64,000 nucleotides of DNA from Candidatus Poribacteria bacterium (GCA_965214095.1 OZ243938.1:3872001-3936000), one strand, 5' to 3'; positions 39,601 through 47,997 are shown, counted from the stretch's first letter. Notes: generated by a model not told the origin, from the sequence alone. Program-made: numbers and translations.

Positions 39601-41468
39601 GTATTCCCATCAGTTGCGTTTACCGTGATCGTTGTTGTCCCTGCCGATACAGCACTGATTGTAACTTTAGACCCCGAAATAGACGTGGTTGCAACGCTGC
39701 TATTACTGGAGGTCGCAGTATATGTCAGTGTATTATTGCCTGGATTGTTAAAGTAGATAGATACATCAAGGACCAGTGCCGCATCACCTTCAGTCATCGT
39801 CTGTGTGGGAATAGCACTTCCTACTGTCGGCACACGATATGGAGCATTCACAGTAACTGAAAACGTCTGTTTTACCGTTGTATTCCCATCAGTTGCGTTT
39901 ACCGTGATCGTTGTTGTCCCTGCCGATACAGCGCTGATTGTAACTTTAGACCCCGAAATAGACGCAGTTGCAACGCTGCTTTGACTGGAGGTCGCTGTAT
40001 ATGTCAGTGTATTACCGCCTGGATTGTTAAAATAGGCAGATACATCAAGGGTCAGTGCCGTGTCACCTACAGTCATCGTCTTTGCAGGAATAGCACTTCC
40101 TACTGTCGGCGCACGATATGGAGCATTCACAGTAACTGATCGTAAGTTAACAACCTGACTGGTCACAGTGACAGATATTGTTTGCGTTGCAGTTAATTCA
40201 CCGTCACTTGCTGTAATGGTAATCGTTGCACTCCCTGCTGTCTGTGGTGTAATCGTGATGTTTGAACCTGATACGTTGACAGTGGCAACACTGCTATTAT
40301 TGGAGCTAGCTGTATATGTGAGTGTATCGCCATCAGGGTCGGTGAACTTATCTGATATGTTAATAGTATCTGCATTACCAATTCGCAATGTTGATGTTGA
40401 GATACTCCCCACAGAGACGGGTGCGTTGTTCGTGACAGGTGTATTACTTGTGCCTGTATAATATGTGATGACATCAGGTGTTGAATTGAAATTGATGTTA
40501 TCTATCTCAAGGTCAGATACAATTGGCATTGGAACGTCGACTATTTTCTTATCATAACTCCACAACTCGATTCCAAATGGAGAAAAGTCCAGTTGGATTT
40601 CACTGCTAATTACAGCATCAACCCCAGCAGTAAAACCTTCATCGTAGCTGCTTTGTATAGAATAAGAGTCAAGTGAAGGATCAAAACTGGAAGCGGAGAC
40701 CGTCTGATTATCACTCGTAATAACTTGTCCATCCACTGTTATCCCGTCTCCTGACAAAGTGAAAGTATTCTTGAGGTCAGCATTTAATGTAATCCCACCC
40801 TCTTTTAAATACTCCTTTATAATATCACCCGCCTTTTTTGCGGTGATCTTCGGCAATGTTCCTTCTTTGATCAAGTCTGCGAGCGATTCAGCAATTTGAA
40901 CGGCACTTAACTCTATTTTAATAAGGTCTTCAATTCCTCCCTCAACCTGAATAGACTCACCATTGAGAAGCAATGTGTTAAAGAAAGTTTCACCATGCAA
41001 AGTGTCATTGATTTGAGAAAAATCCGGTATCGTCTGCGTGTAGTCGACGTGTATCTCTGAGAAAAATGGTATAGGCAGCATAAAATCATAAATTATCGCG
41101 CCTGAAACACTTAACCCTGCGGAATATGTAAACTTCCCGACATAGGCATCCTGTGCTGTCGTTACAGTGCGCGGTTGTATCCGCAACAGCTGATTATTCT
41201 GCTCAAAAAATAGATCAGCATTTATCTCTGTTTGTACTGTTCCAGGATCTACATTAACATCAAAAGATAAGTTGATCGTATCAAAGTCATCAGGAACTGA
41301 ACCTTTCCATTTAATTCCGTCACCGAAAGGCTTGAATTCAGAAGTGTAAGTTATAGGTTCTTGTATCTCTTCAGAGAAACCCATCTGCTGGAAATTCAGA
41401 AAAAATAGTAATATGATAACTGAATATACACAAACACTCAATCTACACAAGCTATATTTATTGACCAT
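36627..41468 (-). CDS. Giant secreted protein: 9 Ig/cadherin-like repeats, internalin-type LRRs and FlgD/T9SS-like C-terminal domain
   Basis: 93-aa repeats, about 11 LRRs, C-terminal PNFPNPFNPETWIPYQLA...WDGKNELGEKVTSGTYF. Confidence 0.88.
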   Translation of the reverse strand: MVNKYSLCRLSVCVYSVIILLFFLNFQQMGFSEEIQEPITYTSEFKPFGDGIKWKGSVPDDFDTINLSFDVNVDPGTVQTEINADLFFEQNNQLLRIQPRTVTTAQDAYVGKFTYSAGLSVSGAIIYDFMLPIPFFSEIHVDYTQTIPDFSQINDTLHGETFFNTLLLNGESIQVEGGIEDLIKIELSAVQIAESLADLIKEGTLPKITAKKAGDIIKEYLKEGGITLNADLKNTFTLSGDGITVDGQVITSDNQTVSASSFDPSLDSYSIQSSYDEGFTAGVDAVISSEIQLDFSPFGIELWSYDKKIVDVPMPIVSDLEIDNINFNSTPDVITYYTGTSNTPVTNNAPVSVGSISTSTLRIGNADTINISDKFTDPDGDTLTYTASSNNSSVATVNVSGSNITITPQTAGSATITITASDGELTATQTISVTVTSQVVNLRSVTVNAPYRAPTVGSAIPAKTMTVGDTALTLDVSAYFNNPGGNTLTYTATSSQSSVATASISGSKVTISAVSAGTTTITVNATDGNTTVKQTFSVTVNAPYRVPTVGSAIPTQTMTEGDAALVLDVSIYFNNPGNNTLTYTATSSNSSVATTSISGSKVTISAVSAGTTTITVNATDGNTTVKQTFSVTVNAPYRALTVGSAIPTQTMTEGDAALVLDVSIYFNNPGNNTLTYTATSGNSSVATTSISGSTVTISAVSAGTTTITVNATDGNTTVKQTFSVTVNAPYRAPTVGSAVPAKTMTVGDTALTLDVSAYFNNLGGNTLTYTATSSKSSVATASISGSTATISAVSAGTTTITVNATDGNTTVKQTFSVTVNAPYRAPTVGSAIPAKTMTVGDTALSLDVSSYFNNPGGNTLTYTVESSVSTVATASISGSKVTISAVSAGTTTITVNATDGNTTVKQTFSVTVNAPYRAPTVGSAIPAQTMTEGDAALVLDVSIYFNNPGNNTLTYTATSSKSSVATTSISGSKVTISAVAAGTTRITITANDGNATVTQIFSVTVNALYRAPTVEGSIPAQTMAVGDAALTLDVSAYFNNPGGNTLTYTVESSQSSVATASISGSTATISAVAAGTTTITVNATDGNATVTQTISVTVNEANRAPTAEGSIPAQTTTVGSWSLSLGLSSYFSDPDDDTLSYSATSSDTSVATVSVLRDTITITNKAEGTATITVTATDGSFTATQTISVTVNPGTVKEIPDANLLASLQRILNLSSDSKVTEEGLMRINSLYIPSLGISDLTGLECATSLTRLGLQGNDITDLTPLSGLTKLKVLYLDSNDITDLTPLSGLTKLTEVYLDRNEITDVSALSGWTDVKELFLLYNKITDISGLSGLTKLTKLHLRSNSITDISSLSGLTNLKVLYLAENRISDISALSGLTNLTELYIWTNSISDISAVANLTNLTSLDFGSNSISDISDLSGLTKLTKLYLEENSISDISVLSGLTKISRLWLNDNNITDVSALESLTELTYLLIADNPITNYAPLRRLQAGSPRTIVIDVDISTDPGMAPLTLIPTETALLPNFPNPFNPETWIPYQLAKPTDVTLTFYNIQGEIVRKITLGYQQAGVYYQRERAAYWDGKNELGEKVTSGTYFVKFQAGQYTKSRKMLIMK
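38175..40127. repeat. Seven near-identical 279-bp intragenic tandem repeats
   Basis: Anchor gagcattcac recurs at 38447, 38726, 39005, 39284, 39563, 39842 and 40121 (period 279). Confidence 0.95.
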
Positions 41469-41572
41469 TTTATTTATTTCCTGTTGTCCTTTCATCTTGA
41501 AAAATGTGCGATGAAAGATTTATATTTACTTCGTAATTTGTAATGCGGTTAAATAGATACTTATTAAATAAT

Positions 41573-42614
41573 AGACATTATAATGAATTAAATAGTAGGA
41601 GTTTCATAACACCAGGGTCTGAAGTTTAGTCGAAAATTGTGTAAACCACAACAGGTTTCCATAACTAAGTCACAAAACCCTTTCTTCCAATTTCTGAGTT
41701 TGTCTTTGACAATGCGGTATCTTTTGACACCACTAATGGCATGTTCAACACGTATGCGTATAGACGCTATCTTTCTATTGATTTCTTTTTCTTTTTCTGT
41801 CAGTTCTCCACCTTTCGGTTTTTTCTTCGGTTGAACGATGTGAACATCAGGAAGAGTGAACCCCTGAAAACCGGTATCTTGATACAAGGTGCTTCCCGGG
41901 GGCACACAATAGCCCACCTGATCAGCTATGTATTTGTCATGGTGTCTTCCTTCAAAAGAGGGTGTCAATAGGACGACTTTGCAGCTCTCATTGATAATCA
42001 GATTATTTTTTGCTGTATGACATTTCTTTTTACCGCTATAATATGCCTTTTGAGCTTCTGGGTCTCTTGGACGCCGTATTCGCCGTTCTATACCATCATG
42101 AAAAAAAATACGCTTTATCTTGACTTTGACTTGATACCTCACAAGTATCACACATAGATGTGGGAACTGTTTCCCGAGATGGCAGCTCTTCAAGTTCTGC
42201 TAATGCGGTGTTCAATATCGGTAAAAGCAAGTGAATCCATTTATTCGCAAGAGGTTGAGCCATACCAAAGAGCGTGCCGAATAGAACCTGTTTCGGAGCT
42301 TCATGAAGATAAATTAATATAAATAGCAACATATCTTCATGTGAAGCAAAACAACTATTCTTGTAGGGTTTATATCTCCGTTTTATGCGCGGTTTTCCAT
42401 CAAGGGTATGTGTTTCCATATAAGCTAAAAAACATTTAGAAAAATGAGGTAATAGTTTTGTAAACTCTTCTAAAGTATATCCAGTGAGAGATAGAAGCGT
42501 ATCAGCTTTGTCCTTAATATCTTCAAAAACGATAATGAGAAAACCTCCATTTATAAGATTGTAATTAGAATAACAGAGGTTAACTAAACTTGCAACTAAA
42601 TCATTATAATGTCT
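41573..42614 (-). mobile_element. IS5-family (ISL2-like, HTH_Tnp_4 + DDE_Tnp_4) insertion sequence, about 1.04 kb
   Basis: TIRs tagacattataatgaatta / tagacattataatgattta (18/19 match), flanking AAT (or TA) duplication, split transposase. Confidence 0.88.
41588..42536 (-). CDS. Frameshifted DDE transposase (two ORFs joined at a T8 run)
   Basis: ORF1 LLSLTG...EF...LLFILIYL...LFGM; ORF2 HDG.ER...RP...YSGKKK.HT.K, DTGFQG, PKKKPKGGELT, RIRVEHAI..VKR. Confidence 0.85.
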
Positions 42615-43300
42615 AATGGAAAAAAACTCCTTGTTTCTATTGGCAGAGATCGGATTCGTTTATTACCACCAATCGGGTATTTAAATTGCGTGTTGACCAA
42701 TGTGAAAGATTTTATGATAAGTGAAAATTGTTGCACATGCCAATCTCTTTGACAGATCCAGAGTTTTATGATTGTATTGTCTTCCTCTGCTGATTTGCAC
42801 TCCAAAACATAACAGTTCTTTCCATTCATACTTTCTCTACTTTTCAGTTGTAATTCTGTGTCATTTAACTTTTGAAGGGCACTTAGCAACTCAACCCGGA
42901 AAATACCGTGTCGAGATTTACGAACCTGTTTTACTACGTGTTCGTTAGGTTTTCTAAAAAATAGGTTGAAGGATATTATCGGTTCTTGCGAATCAAAGAT
43001 ACTGCCGGATACATCCATTGATGGTGCTACATACGTTTGGACATCTGCCTTGTAATTATCAATTTTGTCATAGACATCTAAGGCATTTTTCATGACTTCG
43101 TACGGCGTGATAGCAGAAACATTTGTTGGAAGAACCGCAACATATAGTAAGGAAGCGAGTATGACAACGATATTTTTGATGCATACTGTTGCGACACGTG
43201 ACATTTCAAAGTTGAGTCTCATAAATTTACTCCATATAAAAACCATTTTGAGTAGTAACATCCCATGAAAAACTACATTCATATAAGTAATTTTGAATCA

Positions 43301-43404
43301 TTATGGTGAAGTATAAAATTATATTTACACTTTCATCCCACGGTAGGCGAGGTTTCCTAACCTCGCCGATATAGAGTGTTCAAGTAATTTCAAAATCTAC
43401 TATA
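43301..43404. mobile_element. TIR-bounded miniature element (copy E, A-type inverted)
   Basis: ttatggtgaagtataaaattatatttacac...cggtaggcgaggtttcctaacctcgccg...ctactata. Confidence 0.65.
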
Positions 43405-43484
43405 TATACATATATATATTATGAACTTATATGACTTATAAAAATATGTTAAATCAATTTATTTTGCATTTATGGTTAAATAAA

Positions 43485-43692
43485 TAATTACTCTTACCAA
43501 TTCTGAATGTTTCTAAGTTCGTTAGTTTTGCAAGGGCACTTATATCACTAATTTCAGTACCTCTGAACCATAACCAGCGTAGTTTGTAAGTTTTTCGAAT
43601 ACACTTTCGAGCGCATTTAAATCGCTAAATTCATAGTCGATTTCCAGCCGTTGTAGGTCCGTTAGTTTTTCAAGTGGACTTATATCAATAAG
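43485..43692 (-). pseudogene. Frameshifted relic of an LRR gene
   Basis: Manual translation IDISPLEKLTDLQRLEIDYEFSDLNALE...KLTN / RWLWFRGTEISDISALAKLTNLETFRIGKSN, with a frameshift and no start. Confidence 0.7.
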
Positions 43693-44002
43693 CGATGACT
43701 TATTTCATTCACCCGATCCTTATTTCAAACTGCCTCAAAAACAAGAAACTAAAATATTATATATCATTAATCATATTAACTCAACTATACTAATTATGTA
43801 TTATAAAAAATAAGTTGATTTAATATGACTTATATCTGCAATTCATAGAACTATCATAAAGCACAAAGTTACTTGAATGCTTGTATAGTGCAACCTTTTT
43901 GTTTGTGTCTATTGGTGCACAAACTACATGAATATAAAAATAAATTCGGTGATGTTTGGTGAGAAGTTCTACGCGCTTACAAAGCACGTCTACGAGTGGG
44001 AA

Positions 44003-44160
44003 AATCGGGGTTGGAAACCCCTCCAACAATGGAAGTGGCGCGTGAATTGCGCGACTACGAACGGGATTTTGTCTGGTTCAGACATTGGCGGGGTTGGAGA
44101 GCAATCGGGGTTGGAAACCCTCCAACAATTGAAAAGGCGCGTGAATTGCGCGACGACAAA
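44003..44160. repeat. Tandem two-family REP cluster (about 100-bp period, 2 units)
   Basis: aatcggggttggaaacc(c)ctccaacaat followed by ggcgcgtgaattgcgcgac, present twice. Confidence 0.8.
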
Positions 44161-44811
44161 TTACTGCATAATGCACTGCTGTGTGTGGCATATATTATTT
44201 GATTGCTTTTTGATATTCATAAGTCCAGTCAACAACCTTATATCCGAGATTACTATAAAAGAGAATAGCTCGATAATTCTCCAAATTTGTGCTTATGGAT
44301 GCATGACGGTAACCTGCCTTTTGCATCTCTTGAAGCGAATACTGAAGTAAGAATTTCCCAAATCCTTTTCCTTGAAAGTCATCTTCAATTCCAAGCCATT
44401 CTGTATATGTCCAGTCTTGTGCGTCTGGATGTCGTGAAAAAACACCTGCTGAGATACTATGACATTCACCAACTTTTTCCTCTGCTTTGTGAGCTTTTAC
44501 GGTACAGTTTGCCCGTTCTCCACGACCCTCTGTCCATTCTATAGAGAAGGTAATAGGTATCTTTGGCGGAGTTGGTGTTACATTGAAGTTCTCCCAATCA
44601 AAGATTGCTTGTCCATGAATACGTCTGTACCCGTTATATCCAAGCAGTGCTTTAACGTGACCAAGTCTGTCGGAAAGCTGCGCATAAGCGAAGTAATAGC
44701 AAGGATACCTATAATGTCTTGAATAGGCATAGACCTGTGTTATATTCTTACCAAACGTTGCGGTGTGAAAGCCCAAGTCTTTAGATTTGGGATGAAACAC
44801 CGCCAAAAACC

Positions 44812-44840
44812 TTGATTTTGTTCAAGAAATGTGGTATATT
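44812..44840 (+). promoter_or_regulatory. sigma70-type promoter inside the IS605-like element
   Basis: TTGATT-17 bp-TATATT with extended TG, just inside the LE. Confidence 0.55.
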
Positions 44841-44846
44841 CTATAT

Positions 44847-45274
44847 GTCAACTGGATAGGAAAGCAATCATTGGCAACCTTGCCAATGTCTTATCCAATC
44901 CACTTGCTTGGACAGAGTTGATGTTGATACTCTCAACGATACCACATTCGGTTGTATACGCTGCAAGTTGTGATCCTTGCCAGTCGTTTGTGATGAGTTC
45001 TGGAATCGCTTTATGAGATTGTGGCGGTGTTCCCTCCACAACCGCGAAATAACAGAACAATAGACAAAGTATCTGGGACGATTTTGGGGTAATAAAGTAG
45101 TCCCTGTTAGTCGTGTCTTGGCGGGCACCCCCACAATTGCTGTGCTGGTAAACTTGGCTTGAACCCAAGTGAGTAGTCTATAAGCCTATAAAAGATGCCC
45201 ACATTTTCAAAAAACTCTCGGAGTGAGAAGATGACCTAAAAGAACCCCAATCCTTTAGGTTTAGGAGCCGTCAG
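44847..45274 (+). ncRNA. Candidate structured RNA (omega/reRNA-like) of the IS605-like element
   Basis: Downstream of the promoter, no convincing ORF, multiple stems (cattggcaa/ttgccaatg inside tggatagga/tcttatcca; acttgg/ccaagt; gggca/tgccc). Confidence 0.35.
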
Positions 45275-45642
45275 TACGCAAGTAATCTTCAGTCTTTTCA
45301 AGAATTGCTTGTCCAACCTGTCGGGCATTAACTTCGTATCCAAAAAACAGGATATGTGCAGTTTTGTCAATATTATGCTCTCTATCTTGTGACAAGCCTA
45401 AATGTATAAAAGATTTCACTTTACCATTTTGCACCGCGACAAAAGCAGTTTCTGACTTAAAATCGTCCTTATAGTAATATTTGGATTTACCTATAACGCC
45501 ACTCGTAGCAAACTCTAAATCATCTTCTTTGACAGGATAGCAATGAGGAACATCAACTGTAAAATCATTGTAAAACTTTGTCAAAGGTGTCAGTAGGTCA
45601 GAGGTATATTGGATTATTTCCATAAGTAAATTCAATCCTCAA

Positions 45643-45736
45643 TTATGGAATATTCTATAGTGGTATCGATCCATCTATACTTCCACTTCCGAGTGTCTTC
45701 CATCAGAAGCAAAAGCAATTGACTCAATCAACCACT
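45643..45736 (-). pseudogene. Relic of a terminal WD40 repeat
   Basis: Manual translation LIESIAFASDG / KTLGSGSIDGSIPL*NIP*, a decayed VxSVAFSPDGKTLASGSxDGTIxLWD. Confidence 0.55.
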
Positions 45737-45875
45737 TTATAACTAAACCTAAAAACATTAGGATACTTAACCATGGTAGGATGGGTTTCTGTTTCTCCCG
45801 TTGTCATCCAACGTGAAGACAGAAAATCCTGGTCATTTATTCATCTTGAAAAACTTGTTCAGACAAATGTAATGA

Positions 45876-46616
45876 TTAATCCGGTGGTCTGGGTTGTGAG
45901 TCAAACCCATAAAGCCTACGCATAATAGGTGTAGCCCGTTCTAATGCTTCTGGTTTGAGGAAATGCACAAAATCAAACATCGGTTTAATATATGACCTGC
46001 AGCAAAAACAGATAAGGGCAACGCGCTGACGATCCGTCTTGTTTGCACCTGCTGAATGCCAGATTGCACCGTTGAATAAGAATACTGAACCTTTTGGAGC
46101 AGTAAGTCGTACTTCGTCGGGATGGTGTGTTGTTCCCGCAGGCGGTTTTATCTGTTGAAGATGAATTCCAGGAACATGACGTGTGCCACCATTTTCTGGA
46201 GTAAAATCATCAAGTAACCATAGACTGTTAGCCACCAATGGAAAACTCGGGAGTGGTTCTGGCATGCCACCCAAAACGTTATCAACGTGATACCCACCGT
46301 CAGGTGCACCCGGATCGAGAATGTTTGAGGTAAGTGTGCTTAATGTATAATCTGGACCAAGCAGATGTTCAAAGAACGGCATCACTTTAGGATGTGCAAC
46401 GAGTTTGTCGTAAATCTCACCTTTGTTAGGCAACCATCTCACGTGCTGACCATGATCATTAGAATGACGAAGGGCTGAACCATTCTGTTTTTCTTCATCT
46501 GCTATACGAAGTATATCCTCACGATACATCTCAATTTCTTCGTTAGAAAGCACATCAGGAATGACAATACATCCCTGCTCATCCAACTGCTTCTTTTGCG
46601 CTTCGGTGATACTCAT
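45876..46616 (-). CDS. PhyH family dioxygenase
   Basis: YHVDN, LDDFTPENGGT, IWHSAGAN...R. Confidence 0.9.
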   Translation of the reverse strand: MSITEAQKKQLDEQGCIVIPDVLSNEEIEMYREDILRIADEEKQNGSALRHSNDHGQHVRWLPNKGEIYDKLVAHPKVMPFFEHLLGPDYTLSTLTSNILDPGAPDGGYHVDNVLGGMPEPLPSFPLVANSLWLLDDFTPENGGTRHVPGIHLQQIKPPAGTTHHPDEVRLTAPKGSVFLFNGAIWHSAGANKTDRQRVALICFCCRSYIKPMFDFVHFLKPEALERATPIMRRLYGFDSQPRPPD

Positions 46617-46663
46617 CTGTCAATACCTTATCATTTTTTCCCTAATTCATTCCAACCTTCAAT

Positions 46664-47878
46664 CTACGCTGCGAAGTCTTTCATACATTCATCATAGACG
46701 TTAAACTGCTCACCTTCGTGTTCCTCAGCATCAACGAGTTTGAGCCATAACGCGCTGTCTTTCTTTTCACCGCTAAGTTGACGACGACTCCCAAGATTAG
46801 ATGGATCGGGACCACTCCATACAACTTCTCCACCTTGCAGATAGATAAAATTCCCTTGATACTTATCAATCATTTTTTTCTGGTTGTCAAGATAGACTAA
46901 ACCTTGTTCACAGGTTGTGCGTCGCCAATTTGCAACCATTTCTGGTGTATCCGTTTCCACAGAATCAAACTCAGCAAGTGGAGCTTTAACTTCACTCTCC
47001 CAATCAATCTCATTCAGGTCAACCGTTCCGTATCCCCGTTGTGCTGCAATGAGTATATGATTGCGATCGCGCTTAAATGGAGGTGTAGGCCAATCGGATG
47101 CCGGATCATGACCCATCAGGTGCATGCCGACTGTATCAGTTGAAATCGGATGATCACCTGCTATAAGTGCGTTGCATATCCTGCCTTCACCTCCCCATTC
47201 GCGTCCCCACTGTCCTGTGAGTGCATCAATGATGTTGAGACACGGCTTTGTGATCAACGCAAGATCTGGCAAAACATAAGATAAACGTATAAGGTGGTGA
47301 TAATAGCTTCGTGTCCTACCTTCAGGAAGCAACATCGGGGGCAACCCAAACAGATTCTTTGTGCATAAAGTAATCCCCATAAATGCATGGTTCTTCATCT
47401 TCGCCACTGAAACAACAGCATCCGCATCGTCAAAACAGGCACTCAATGTATAACGATCAAACATTGAACCGCCATCCGGCACATCGTAGTCCTTGAAGGG
47501 TGGCAAGTTTGAATCAACAAACTGCACGTCAAATTCTTTGAGGTGATGTTCGTAATTAAATCCTGGTGGCATTCTATTTCCGTGTGTATACGGGTTGGTA
47601 TCTGTAGCGATGAGTTGTGCGGTAGTTCGTTCCTTTAGCAATCGTAATACAGCGCGGCATACCGCATCATCCACCAGTTCACGTCTACGTCCTTCAAAAT
47701 AGATGATACGTTCATGCGGTTTCATCATGTTGAATTTGATAACAACCTTTTTTGCAGACTCAATTGGTTTCCAAGAATGGGTGAGTGGATCGGTTATTTT
47801 ACGTAGTATCTTGTAGATTTCCTCTTCAGTTGCCCGGTAATCACAATGTGCTGCTCTAACTTTGAACTGTTTGTCCAT
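46664..47878 (-). CDS. DUF362 domain protein
   Basis: VVIKFN, VSVAKMKNH...ITLCTKNLFG, IIDAL.G motifs; GGAGCAGGA before ATG at 47878. Confidence 0.8.
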   Translation of the reverse strand: MDKQFKVRAAHCDYRATEEEIYKILRKITDPLTHSWKPIESAKKVVIKFNMMKPHERIIYFEGRRRELVDDAVCRAVLRLLKERTTAQLIATDTNPYTHGNRMPPGFNYEHHLKEFDVQFVDSNLPPFKDYDVPDGGSMFDRYTLSACFDDADAVVSVAKMKNHAFMGITLCTKNLFGLPPMLLPEGRTRSYYHHLIRLSYVLPDLALITKPCLNIIDALTGQWGREWGGEGRICNALIAGDHPISTDTVGMHLMGHDPASDWPTPPFKRDRNHILIAAQRGYGTVDLNEIDWESEVKAPLAEFDSVETDTPEMVANWRRTTCEQGLVYLDNQKKMIDKYQGNFIYLQGGEVVWSGPDPSNLGSRRQLSGEKKDSALWLKLVDAEEHEGEQFNVYDECMKDFAA

Positions 47879-47997
47879 AATATCCTGCTCCTTATGAAGT
47901 TTGACAGGTAGTTCCATGAAATATAGTAGATATTGTTTTTGACCTATGAAAATTATATCAGTATTTTTGATTATATGCAATGGAGTTAATCTCATAC

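Larger units (their letters stand above)
41470..43222 (-). pseudogene. LolA-like/outer-membrane lipoprotein-sorting-type gene interrupted by IS
   Basis: ORF 42596..43282 reads into the IS TIR. Removing the IS restores ...RSFFPLFNKYLFNRITNYEVNINLSSHIFQDERTTGNK* ending at 41470. Confidence 0.75.
44752..45274 (+). mobile_element. Non-autonomous IS200/IS605 (IS608-like) element, 523 bp
   Basis: Inserted 3' of TTAC with no TSD. LE is AAAG + hairpin CCCAAGTCTTTAGATTTGGG inside a GCGGTGT/ACACCGC stem; RE is GAAC + imperfect hairpin ...GAGCCG-TCAG. Precise excision restores the host ORF. Confidence 0.85.
44195..45623 (-). pseudogene. GNAT-family acetyltransferase split by an IS200/IS605 element
   Basis: C-half has the acetyl-CoA motif QGKGFGK and N..A..FY..LGY. 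Removing 44752..45274 gives the in-frame junction EDYLRSKNITQVYA. Confidence 0.85.

Noticed and set aside
37057-40474. Repetitive plus-strand ORFs (37057..37776, 38944..39756 and others)
   Set aside because: Antisense shadows of the LRR and Ig repeats.
44003-44160. Possible mini CRISPR array (repeat containing GTTGGAAAC)
   Set aside because: Only two units, the spacer is about 70 bp and itself contains a second repeat family, the units occur singly elsewhere, and there are no cas genes.
43820-44350. ORFs 43928..44350 (+), 43996..44202 (+) and 43820..44029 (-)
   Set aside because: They read through REP repeats, AT-rich spacer or antisense to the GNAT gene, with no recognisable motifs.
44831-45168. 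Short ORFs inside the IS605-like element (44848..45168, 44868..45134, 44831..45016)
   Set aside because: No HUH/Y1 or intact RuvC motifs and no RBS; probably incidental.
44752-45274. IStron (group I intron + IS605) interpretation
   Set aside because: The element is antisense to the host gene and I could not build a convincing P7 pairing, despite an AAAGTAGTCC S-like string. A covariance-model search would be needed to exclude it fully.
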